DNA of 22,617 bases from positions 1 to 22,617 of the forward strand of contig JASEFB010000019.1 in assembly GCA_030019325.1 (NCBI GenBank), given 5' to 3'. Made by a program: the position numbers and the translations under genes. The notes beneath the pieces are model-generated. The model was not told the DNA's origin and ran no database searches. It worked only from the letters and a program-made list of their open reading frames with translations. Positions within the stretch are counted from its first letter, which is position 1. Each line of letters starts with the position of its first letter. Source of the stretch: an archaeon. GTDB lineage: Archaea > Halobacteriota > Syntropharchaeia > Alkanophagales > Methanospirareceae. Below, piece after piece: positions 1 through 7,216 of this stretch.

Positions 1-144
1 GACCTCTTACGGGTCATGTTTAGCACGGGCCAGCCGATGCACATTCTCCACCTATTGCAATAAATCCAAAAAAGTTTTTCATATCGTCAAATACAACAAC
101 GTATAATCCAATCATAGATTTTTTGGGCAGGTCGAGCGTTATCG

Positions 145-1452
145 TCAGATAAATTCCACTAAAAAGTAAACGCCAACAATGACTAGTATGATGCCACATG
201 CTCTATTTATGTAGGGTACCATCTTTCTCACGCGTTCCAAGATAGTCATCTTCGCCGTTCCCACGATTACACTGAGGGTAAGCATCGTGGTTCCCATTCC
301 TACCGAAAAAGAGAGAAATATTAAGAGAGCTTCCAAAGCTCCGCCTGAGGCTAAGCCCGCAAATATAAGTGCAATGAAGACCGGAGCCTGGCAACCCATG
401 GAAGCCAAACCATACCCCACACCGTACAAAAAGAGTCCAGAGTATCGTGCCCCTCCGCCGAGTTTCGATGAGTACGAGGATAGTATTCCTCCTCTCCAGA
501 ACCTGTCGAAGATTTCAGTCTTTCCAAAGACCATTGCAAGCCCTAAGAGAATGATTGCAAAGCCAACCCCTGGTGCGAGATACATAAGGTACGATTTGAC
601 TGCAGCGCCTCCCACAGCCACAGCAGCGCCTATTAATGCAAATATTCCATTTATTCCCGTTGCTGAAGCTATTCCAGCCTTCACCGAGCCTCTCAACGTC
701 GGCCCACCTTCGTATCTACCAAGATAGTAGCTTATATAGCCCGGCATTAACGGGAACGCGCATGGAGCAAAGAAGCTCATAACCCCCGCTAATAGTGCTA
801 ATAGGTATAAGCCCGTAACGGGGGGCACCGCCTTCCCTGGTCGTTCTGGTTCCTCCGGTTCCTCAATACCTCCTGAGTAAGCTTTTTCAACTTCTAACGC
901 GAGCTCTTCTGTTGATACAAGGGCTGCCTTCCGAAAGCTTATGTACCCCTTGGGATCGATAACCACAATGGTTGGTAGGGTAAAGGCCCAGTACTTATCC
1001 AAAACTCTATCTGTATCGCGCACAAATAGCCAGTCTGCATTGTATTTTTCCTTGAAATCCCTCAGATTATCGTCTGTCTCGAGCGGGTCAACTGATACGG
1101 TTAGGATGACCACCTCGGTCTTCTCCTGCCTCAGCTGTGCGAGCTCCTTCATTTCAACTTGGCAGACGGGGCACCATGTCGCCATTAAGTCTAATACCAC
1201 GACCTTCCCCTGGTAGTCAGTGAGGTTGAAGGTCGTTCCATTGATGCCTGTGAGTGTAAAAGGTGGCGCCTCACTGCCCGCGGCCTGAGCTACGGGGGAT
1301 AACGCAGCGGCGCTAATCCCGCCTATAACAATGAGCGAGAGTATGAAGAGCACAGTACCCCACTTTAAGTTCCATGATGTGAACCTTCTGCCAGCAAAAC
1401 AGTACTCTACGCATCCAGGCGCTTCAAAATGGGATTTCGATGTTGTATACAT
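145..1452 (-). CDS. ccdA: Membrane thiol:disulfide oxidoreductase fusion: signal-anchor helix + TlpA/ResA-like thioredoxin-fold domain + CcdA/DsbD-beta-type six-helix reductant-transfer domain
   Basis: 435-aa ORF. It has an N-terminal hydrophobic anchor (VLFILSLIVIGGISAAAL) and a redoxin domain with a WCPVC active site (DLMATWCPVCQVEMKEL). An E/P-rich linker (EEPEEPERPG) follows. The polytopic C-terminal domain carries the two CcdA signature Cys blocks, FAPCAFPLMPGYISYYLG and MGCQAPVF. Confidence 0.8.
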   Translation of the reverse strand: MYTTSKSHFEAPGCVEYCFAGRRFTSWNLKWGTVLFILSLIVIGGISAAALSPVAQAAGSEAPPFTLTGINGTTFNLTDYQGKVVVLDLMATWCPVCQVEMKELAQLRQEKTEVVILTVSVDPLETDDNLRDFKEKYNADWLFVRDTDRVLDKYWAFTLPTIVVIDPKGYISFRKAALVSTEELALEVEKAYSGGIEEPEEPERPGKAVPPVTGLYLLALLAGVMSFFAPCAFPLMPGYISYYLGRYEGGPTLRGSVKAGIASATGINGIFALIGAAVAVGGAAVKSYLMYLAPGVGFAIILLGLAMVFGKTEIFDRFWRGGILSSYSSKLGGGARYSGLFLYGVGYGLASMGCQAPVFIALIFAGLASGGALEALLIFLSFSVGMGTTMLTLSVIVGTAKMTILERVRKMVPYINRACGIILVIVGVYFLVEFI

Positions 1453-1495
1453 GAGACGAACACAGCAAATTCATTCGTTTTTGCGTCCTCTATTT

Positions 1496-1903
1496 TTAAA
1501 ACATTTCATGTATTTTTTTAGTCTCTTCTTTCAGTTTTTTTATCTCTTCTTCCTTATTCTTTACCTCTTTATCAAGGATATCAATAAAGAGAAGAAGCTT
1601 CTCTCTGTCTTCCTCACTTGCCGTAATCAGTTCTTCCCGGGATATTGAGGGTTGTTTAGTGGTAAAAGCCTCTATTGTCTTGTCGACCGGAAAGAAATAG
1701 CGCTTGACAATTTGCGCTTCACATGCTTTGAGCTCCTCGGCCAATTTCTCGAGGGATTCCGGTCGAGCAAATACAGTTTGCACCCACAAGTGCAATTTCC
1801 GTAGAATTTCAAGAAATAATGCCTCTCTTTCAAGAAGCTCTTTTAGTTCCCTCTTACCCCAATCCTCCTTGTTAACCTTCATTTCTAATGTGTAGAATGC
1901 CAT
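1496..1903 (-). CDS. Hypothetical small, predicted all-helical K/E-rich protein (128-135 aa); no recognisable family
   Basis: ORF on the same strand as the ccdA fusion and 44 nt upstream of it. The C-terminus is heptad-like and charged (KEVKNKEEEIKKLKEETKK). The minus-strand TATA box at 1911-1918 is too close to the first ATG (1903) but correctly spaced for Met8 (ATG at 1882-1880), so the true start may be 1882. Confidence 0.5.
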   Translation of the reverse strand: MAFYTLEMKVNKEDWGKRELKELLEREALFLEILRKLHLWVQTVFARPESLEKLAEELKACEAQIVKRYFFPVDKTIEAFTTKQPSISREELITASEEDREKLLLFIDILDKEVKNKEEEIKKLKEETKKIHEMF

Positions 1904-1910
1904 GCGGATT

Positions 1911-1918
1911 TATAAACC
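1911..1918 (-). promoter_or_regulatory. Candidate TATA box (TTTATAAA read on the minus strand) for the 1496-1903 gene
   Basis: Matches the archaeal TATA consensus. It lies about 28-32 nt upstream of the Met8 ATG at 1882, consistent with a leaderless or near-leaderless transcript. Confidence 0.4.
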
Positions 1919-2097
1919 TATCTGTATTATTACCCTTCGGGGGCACTAATTTTTATCTTACCCAAATTCCCATCCCCTCTTTTGCAAGGGTAAACACATC
2001 TACGCTCAATTTATCAAATTCCCACTTTCACCGCCCGGTCTTAGTAACTCTCGCCCTTAACCGTTCGGGTATCGAAGGTAGGAGGAGGTGATAAGCA

Positions 2098-2138
2098 GGG
2101 CACTAAAAAATAGCAAAGTTTATATAATGCCAGTGCCC
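2098..2138. promoter_or_regulatory. Inverted repeat GGGCACT-N27-AGTGCCC bracketing the TATA box of the molybdoenzyme operon (candidate operator)
   Basis: Perfect 7-bp arms at 2098-2104 and 2132-2138. The TATA box (2119-2126) lies between the arms. A third copy of GGGCACTAA is at 1941-1949. Confidence 0.4.
2119..2126 (+). promoter_or_regulatory. TATA box TTTATATA with purine-rich BRE-like AGCAAAG upstream; promoter of the molybdoenzyme operon
   Basis: Consensus archaeal TATA 56 nt upstream of the ATG at 2182. The predicted leader contains GGAGGT and GAGGTGA ribosome-binding sites. Confidence 0.55.
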
Positions 2139-2181
2139 GAACCTATTAGCGGAGGTAAAATAAAGAGAAAGAGGTGAAATA

Positions 2182-2304
2182 ATGGCGACAAGTACAAACT
2201 CGATTGGCAAAAATAACGGTATCAGAATGTCAAGGCGGACGTTTACCAAACTGACAGCTTTGGGAACCGCAGCGGCTCTGAGTGGGATCAGCAGTGTCAG
2301 TGCA
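2182..2304 (+). other. Twin-arginine (Tat) signal peptide of the molybdoenzyme
   Basis: The n-region is followed by SRRTFTKL (consensus S/T-R-R-x-F-L-K), a hydrophobic stretch (TALGTAAALSGISSV) and an AxA-like site (VSA|IQ). Confidence 0.8.
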
Positions 2305-4992
2305 ATTCAAGATAAGTTCCCCCTGATTGAATCCGCGAGTGCATCCCCCGAGGAGCCCGGTGTAACGCTCGTGAAATCTACCTGTTCTCACTGTGCTGTG
2401 GGATGTGGATTCCAAGGTAAAATCCAGAAGGGGGTATGCATCGGTATCGAGCCATGGCTGGAGAATCCGATAAACCGCGGTTCGATGTGTTCCAAGGGAG
2501 CATCAATAGCAGAGATACTCAACTCTCCGCTCAGGCTGAAATATCCGATGGAAAAAGTCAATGGCCAGTGGAAGCAGATCTCATGGACCGAAGCTCTGGA
2601 TAAGATCGCCAACAAGATGAAGGAGATAAAGGCAACGTACGGGCCCGATTCGATCTTTTATATGGGGTCCGCCAAGGTGAGCAATGAAGAGTGCTACTTA
2701 TTCAGAAAATTTGCGGCATTTAACGGCACGAACAATGTAGACCATCAGGCGCGGATATGCCATTCCACAACTGTTGCTGGTTTGGCAAACACCTGGAGTT
2801 ACGGTGCGATGACCAACCCGTGGAACGACATGCGCCACTCAGGGGTGATTCTGTTCTGCGGTGAGAATGCAGCCGAGTCACACCCCGTTGCGATGCTGCA
2901 TATCCTTGAGGCGAAGAGAAGAGGTGCAAAGTTCATCGTGATGGATCCGCGATTCACAAAGTCAGCAGCAGCAGCAGATATGTACGTGCGGTTCAGGTCA
3001 GGAACAGACATTCCATTGATATGGGGAATATGTAATGTAATTGTGAATAACAACTGGCACAACAAGGATTTCATCGCAAAGAGAACATATGGGTTTGACA
3101 AATGGTGGGACGTGGTAAAGGAGTACACACCGGAAGTTGTGGAGGACATCACCTGGGTTCCGGCAGATACCATACGGCAGGTCGCTTATGATTGGGCATT
3201 CCCGCCACGTGGTGAAGGGTACGCTAATTGTATATGCTGGGCAATGGGTGCAACGCAGCACACTGTTGGCACGAATAACATCAGGTCGTTTGCCTGCCTT
3301 AGCTTGCTTATGGGCTATGCTGGCAGACCCGGTGGAGGAACCAATGCATTCAGAGGCCATGATAACGTGCAGGGTTCAACCGATATGTGCGTGCTTTCGC
3401 ACTGGCTTCCAGCATACTACGGGCTCGACGAGGGCTCGTGGAAGCACTGGATTGGCGTCTGGAATAGGCATGCACCAATAACCTACGAGGAGATGAAGGC
3501 GAAGTTCGCAGAGCACAATGGCAAGTCGCTGATGCACGTGAAAGGTATCACGGTCTCACGATGGTATGAAGGAGTACTCAATAGGGAATTCCCGATTAAT
3601 CAGCCAAACCCGATCAAGATGGCGTTTGTGTGGGGCCATTCGCTGAACTCGATCTCCGAGATGAAGCGTATGAAGGAGGCGATGGAACAGGTCGAATTGC
3701 TTGTTGGCGTCGACCCGCATGCGACGATTGCAGCATCCCTTGCAGACCGCCCCGACGGGATCATAATACTGCCTGCATCTACGCAATTTGAGGAAGAAGG
3801 AAGCGTTACGAACAGTGCGAGACAGGTGCAGTGGAGAAACAAACTGGTGGAACCCTTGTATGAGAGCAAGCCTGATTGGTGGATTATGCAGGAGCTTGCA
3901 AAGAGGCTTGGGTTCGGTGAGCACTTCACCTATACGAATATGGAGGATGTGCTCCGGGAGATTAACCTTGGATCTAACGTCATCATGATGCGCGAGTCCC
4001 CCGAGCGGCTCAAGCGACAGCAACTTCAATGTACAACAGAATGCAGCGTGTTCTCGTGTGAGGATTGCCAGGCAAAAAGTGGTCCTCTGAAAGGAGAATA
4101 TTGGGGACTCCCATGGCCCTGCTGGAATGATGAACATCCAGGAACACCGATATTATACCGAAATGATATACCGGTCTCAGAAGGGGGCAACGAATATAGA
4201 ACGAGATTCAGAGGTCCTGACTCCACACCCGGTAATCCATTATCGGACGATGGCGAGAGCATGTTAGGTGCGGCATACGGATACCCAGAAGGCTATGACG
4301 AAAAGAACTCTGATGGCACTGATGGTCCTGGATGGAAATTTGAGATTGATGCTGATTTCAAGGCGCTGATTGCGCAGAACATCTGCCCGTCAGGAGCAGG
4401 AAGAGCGAGATTCAGAGCCTGGAACTTGCCAGACCCTGTTCCCGTACACCGAGAACCGATAGAAAGTCCAAGACCTGATCTGGTTGATAAATATCCGACG
4501 TATGATGATGTTGCAGACCACTTCCGTGTCAAGTGCTTGTATAAGACGATACAGCAGGAACGGAAGAACCTGGTGAATGACTATCCCTACATACTCACTA
4601 CGGGAAGACAGGTGGAGCACATGGGTGGTGGCGCTGAGACACGGTCATGTGAATACCTTGTGGAGCTTCAGCCAGAGATGTATGCGGAGATAAATCCAAC
4701 AACAGCTTTGGAATTGGGTATCACGCATTGGGACTACATCTGGGTAGAGACGCTGAGAGGAAAATGCAAGGTGAGAGCGTATGTGACGGAGCGTGTGAAC
4801 GAGCAAACAATATTCATGCCTTACCACTGGGCAGGCTGGTTGGAAGGCGAGTCGTATGCGGACAGATGGCCTGAAGGAACAGGAGAACTCGCATATGGTG
4901 ATTCGTGTAATGTCATCACGGTAGACGGCTACGACAGGTCAACGAACATGCAAGAGACGAAAGTATGCTTGTGTAAGGTGTACAAGGCTTAG
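2182..4992 (+). CDS. fdhA: Tat-exported molybdopterin (bis-MGD) oxidoreductase catalytic subunit, FdnG/FdhA-type (formate-dehydrogenase-like), Cys variant
   Basis: 936-aa ORF with a GAGGTGA ribosome-binding site. It has a twin-arginine signal and an N-terminal [4Fe-4S] motif (CSHCAVGCGF...MCSKG). The block HQARICHSTTVAGLANTWSYGAMTNPW matches the FdnG active-site block, with Cys193 (TGC 2758-2760) then His where Sec enzymes have U-H. It also has the RGHDNVQG block (Arg391) and the FdnG-like Cys-rich insert (CTTECSVFSCEDC). Formate as substrate is inferred. Confidence 0.8.
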   Translation: MATSTNSIGKNNGIRMSRRTFTKLTALGTAAALSGISSVSAIQDKFPLIESASASPEEPGVTLVKSTCSHCAVGCGFQGKIQKGVCIGIEPWLENPINRGSMCSKGASIAEILNSPLRLKYPMEKVNGQWKQISWTEALDKIANKMKEIKATYGPDSIFYMGSAKVSNEECYLFRKFAAFNGTNNVDHQARICHSTTVAGLANTWSYGAMTNPWNDMRHSGVILFCGENAAESHPVAMLHILEAKRRGAKFIVMDPRFTKSAAAADMYVRFRSGTDIPLIWGICNVIVNNNWHNKDFIAKRTYGFDKWWDVVKEYTPEVVEDITWVPADTIRQVAYDWAFPPRGEGYANCICWAMGATQHTVGTNNIRSFACLSLLMGYAGRPGGGTNAFRGHDNVQGSTDMCVLSHWLPAYYGLDEGSWKHWIGVWNRHAPITYEEMKAKFAEHNGKSLMHVKGITVSRWYEGVLNREFPINQPNPIKMAFVWGHSLNSISEMKRMKEAMEQVELLVGVDPHATIAASLADRPDGIIILPASTQFEEEGSVTNSARQVQWRNKLVEPLYESKPDWWIMQELAKRLGFGEHFTYTNMEDVLREINLGSNVIMMRESPERLKRQQLQCTTECSVFSCEDCQAKSGPLKGEYWGLPWPCWNDEHPGTPILYRNDIPVSEGGNEYRTRFRGPDSTPGNPLSDDGESMLGAAYGYPEGYDEKNSDGTDGPGWKFEIDADFKALIAQNICPSGAGRARFRAWNLPDPVPVHREPIESPRPDLVDKYPTYDDVADHFRVKCLYKTIQQERKNLVNDYPYILTTGRQVEHMGGGAETRSCEYLVELQPEMYAEINPTTALELGITHWDYIWVETLRGKCKVRAYVTERVNEQTIFMPYHWAGWLEGESYADRWPEGTGELAYGDSCNVITVDGYDRSTNMQETKVCLCKVYKA

Positions 4993-5007
4993 GAGGCAAG
5001 GTGAAAG

Positions 5008-5550
5008 ATGGTAACCTATAAGTTCCTGAATGTGATTGAGAAATGCATAGACTGCGGAGCGTGTTTTGCGATCTGCAAGGACCAGAACAAGGTTCCTCAT
5101 GGAACAGCCAGAGTGCAGGTGGTGACAATTAACGAGGGGAGGCCCGGAGAGAAGAATATACCAGTCTCCTGTATGCACTGCACGGAACCTCCCTGTGAGG
5201 CTGCGTGTCCCGTGAAAGCGATCTACAAGCGAGAGGAGGACGGTATCGTTCTCATGGATAAGAACAAGTGTATAGGCTGCGGCTATTGCGGGTGGGCATG
5301 CCCGTTCGGAGCACCCCAGTATCCCCATGGCCTGCATGGTGACCTCAAGGAATGGGAAGGGATAATGGACAAGTGCACCTTATGCGTGCAGCCTTTTGTG
5401 CCACTGGAGAAGGAGAGAGAACCGAGCCCGAGGTGTGCGCTGTTCTGCTCGACAAAGGCTCGTCTTGGAGGGGATATAGCGGCAATATTACCAGTGTATA
5501 GAGAGAAAAAGGCGATATATACATCTCGCTGGCAAGAGCGTGTGCTATAA
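5008..5550 (+). CDS. Four-cluster [4Fe-4S] electron-transfer subunit (DmsB/PsrB/FdnH-type, without a C-terminal membrane helix)
   Basis: 180-aa ORF starting 16 nt after the catalytic gene, with a GGAGG ribosome-binding site. It has four Cys groups: CIDCGACFAIC, CMHCTEPPCEAACP, CIGCGYCGWACP and CTLCV...CALFC. There is no hydrophobic tail. Confidence 0.85.
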   Translation: MVTYKFLNVIEKCIDCGACFAICKDQNKVPHGTARVQVVTINEGRPGEKNIPVSCMHCTEPPCEAACPVKAIYKREEDGIVLMDKNKCIGCGYCGWACPFGAPQYPHGLHGDLKEWEGIMDKCTLCVQPFVPLEKEREPSPRCALFCSTKARLGGDIAAILPVYREKKAIYTSRWQERVL

Positions 5551-5572
5551 AGGAAAGGAGGAAGAGAGAACA

Positions 5573-6568
5573 ATGAGTAGTGCAGTTACCTCATACGTGA
5601 TATTCACGGTATTCAGTCAGATGTCGGTGGGTGCGTTGATAGCGATGGTCATCGCCGACTTCCTTGCAAAGGGTAAGGAGGATGCCAAGTTCTTTGAGAC
5701 CGGGGCATGGGTCAGTGTCCCGGTTGCCGTTATCGGCTTGATTGGTATACTTTCACACGAGGCACGACCGATGCTAGCAATGATGACGATGAATACAAAC
5801 CTAGCTACATCGTGGTTGAGCAGGGAAGTACTGTCATTAACGATTTTTGTCATCTTGGCGGTGATATATACCATAATGTGGCTCTTAGAGCCTGAATACG
5901 GTAGTCTCAAGAAATTTCCAGCAATACCATCGATCGTGGGGAAATTGATAGCACTCAGGAAGCCTGTTGGAGTCTTAGCTGCCATTGTGGGATTTGTATT
6001 CCTCGGTGTAAGTGCGAGAGCATACATGATGCCCACGCTCCCTGCATTAAATAATCCGACGACACCGTTGTTCTTCGTCGTTACCGCTCTGCTCGCGGGC
6101 ATAACGGCGGTAGCAGCAGTTCTTTCACTGAAATACCTGATAAAAAAAGAGGGCGACGAACCGTTAGCGCGCATGCTCTGGATTACGATGGGGATCGCAC
6201 TCGTAATGGTGATTGTGCTGATCGCGGGACTGCTTGCAAACAAGAGCATGTTAGCAGGCCCAGCCCCGACGAGATACGCAGGTGTTGCACTTGAGAAAAC
6301 GCTTGCAAGTATGTTAGAGGGCGATTACGCCACGCTCTACCTGGCACGATGGGTGATAGGCGTTGGTCTGGCACTCATCTTCACCGTAGCACTTGCATTG
6401 CCGCTGAAGAAGAGAAGTATGGCAGTGGCATCAGCACTAGCAATTTTGCTGTTTATCGTCGTGCTCATCGGTGAGATTATGGGACGGACAGTGTTCTTCG
6501 GTACAAACGTGCCCCTTCGTGAGGTATTTCCCAATATCGAGGCATTCTATACCGGAATAGGACTATAA
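5573..6568 (+). CDS. Integral membrane anchor subunit, DmsC-like (eight predicted helices, no obvious heme-ligand pattern)
   Basis: I prefer the ATG at 5573 (GGAGG upstream) over the track's GTG at 5540, which overlaps the previous gene. Eight hydrophobic segments. The N-terminal block VIFTVFSQMSVGALIA and the C-terminal block LIGEIMGRTVFFG resemble E. coli DmsC as I recall it (IFTVFGQCVAGGFI, LAGELIGRGVFYG). Confidence 0.65.
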   Translation: MSSAVTSYVIFTVFSQMSVGALIAMVIADFLAKGKEDAKFFETGAWVSVPVAVIGLIGILSHEARPMLAMMTMNTNLATSWLSREVLSLTIFVILAVIYTIMWLLEPEYGSLKKFPAIPSIVGKLIALRKPVGVLAAIVGFVFLGVSARAYMMPTLPALNNPTTPLFFVVTALLAGITAVAAVLSLKYLIKKEGDEPLARMLWITMGIALVMVIVLIAGLLANKSMLAGPAPTRYAGVALEKTLASMLEGDYATLYLARWVIGVGLALIFTVALALPLKKRSMAVASALAILLFIVVLIGEIMGRTVFFGTNVPLREVFPNIEAFYTGIGL

Positions 6569-6581
6569 TAAAATAAAAAAA

Positions 6582-6637
6582 TGGTTGTGGAGTCAAACTT
6601 TAAGAAAGTTTGAAAGTTTGGCGACAATCCACAACCA
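6582..6637. terminator. Bidirectional terminator-like nested hairpin between convergent genes
   Basis: The outer stem TGGTTGTGG (6582-6590) pairs with CCACAACCA (6629-6637). The inner stem CAAACTTT (6594-6601) pairs with AAAGTTTG (6605-6612), and AAAGTTTG repeats in tandem at 6613-6620. An A-run lies upstream (6571-6580) and a T-run downstream (6645-6655), so either strand reads hairpin then oligo-U. Confidence 0.55.
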
Positions 6638-6761
6638 ACTGCTCTTTTTTTATTTTCGATTTCTTAGAATGTGACGCCTCTGTCTTACTCTACGTAGATT
6701 TGAATTTGAAAATTCAATGGCTAGTTTTCCCTTTTCCTTTCGAGACGAGAGATTTTCAATC

Positions 6762-7094
6762 CTACTTAGAAGAGGATTCCACCTTTGCCTTAACTTCCGC
6801 TTCTAACTCCTCGTCGGTCTTCCCTTCGGTATCTATACCCAAGTACGCAGCCACTTCCCTTATGTTGAGATCTGCAGTCTTGGCCTTCGGTTTTGCCTTC
6901 GTTTTCGGTACTGCTTCTTCCTCGCCCACAGATTCTTCGAATTTTTTTAAGTCGAGTTCCGCCTCTCGTTTTGCTTTTTTGAACTCGCCCATTGCCTGTC
7001 CGAAAGACCGCGCAAGCTGTGGCACCTTCGCTGCACCGAATAACAAAACAATCGCCACGATTCCTATTACAATCATCTCCGTTGTACCTATCAT
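6762..7094 (-). CDS. tatA: Sec-independent (Tat) translocase subunit TatA/E
   Basis: 110 aa. It has a single N-terminal helix followed by an amphipathic helix (MIVIGIVAIVLLFGAAKVPQLARSFGQAMGEFKKA) and a charged tail. There is a strong GGAGGAG ribosome-binding site (complement of 7105-7111). Confidence 0.85.
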   Translation of the reverse strand: MIGTTEMIVIGIVAIVLLFGAAKVPQLARSFGQAMGEFKKAKREAELDLKKFEESVGEEEAVPKTKAKPKAKTADLNIREVAAYLGIDTEGKTDEELEAEVKAKVESSSK

Positions 7095-7144
7095 TGCCTT
7101 TTTACTCCTCCTACGAGTGGTATATTTATAGAAGAAATAAGGTG

Positions 7145-7152
7145 TATATAAA
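7145..7152 (-). promoter_or_regulatory. Candidate TATA box (TTTATATA on the minus strand) for tatA
   Basis: Consensus TATA about 51 nt upstream of the tatA ATG (7094). The ribosome-binding site would fall in the predicted leader. Confidence 0.4.
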
Positions 7153-7216
7153 GATTAATGAGTGAAAAGCTGTGCAATTGTCGCTGGAGGAGTTCATTAT
7201 TTTTCCTCTGATCGTT

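Noticed and set aside
20-82. A 20-codon minus-strand ORF (MKNFFGFIAIGGECASAGPC) lies just downstream of the thioredoxin-CcdA gene. It could be a small Cys peptide.
   Set aside because: There is no ribosome-binding site or promoter, it is very short, and it sits at the window edge where context is missing. It cannot be distinguished from chance.
1904-2181. The 278-bp leader and intergenic region upstream of the molybdoenzyme might hold a riboswitch or small RNA. It contains small CCC-TTCG-GGG-type stems.
   Set aside because: The predicted TATA box at 2119-2126 leaves only a leader of about 30 nt. The stems are 3 bp and lie upstream of the likely transcription start. I cannot recognise a Moco-riboswitch-like architecture.
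2758-2760. Possible selenocysteine (in-frame TGA) at the formate-dehydrogenase active site, with an associated SECIS element.
   Set aside because: The codon is TGC (Cys) and the ORF is uninterrupted, so no recoding is needed.
5540-5572. The track's GTG start extends the membrane-anchor ORF by 11 codons (MCYKGKEEERT).
   Set aside because: The extension overlaps the upstream gene's end and consists of the GGAGG ribosome-binding-site region itself. The ATG at 5573 gives a start directly at the first transmembrane helix.
5617-6249. Long ORFs antisense to, or out of frame with, the called genes. Examples are 5617-6249 (210 aa), 3556-4137 (193 aa), 6610-7131 (173 aa), 11864-12373 (169 aa), 18684-19193 (169 aa), 287-727 (146 aa) and 10553-10981 (142 aa).
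   Set aside because: Each lies entirely within a gene that has strong family motifs on the other strand or frame. Their products are low-complexity (S/P/L/R-rich) with no motifs, no ribosome-binding sites and no promoters. They are typical shadow ORFs.
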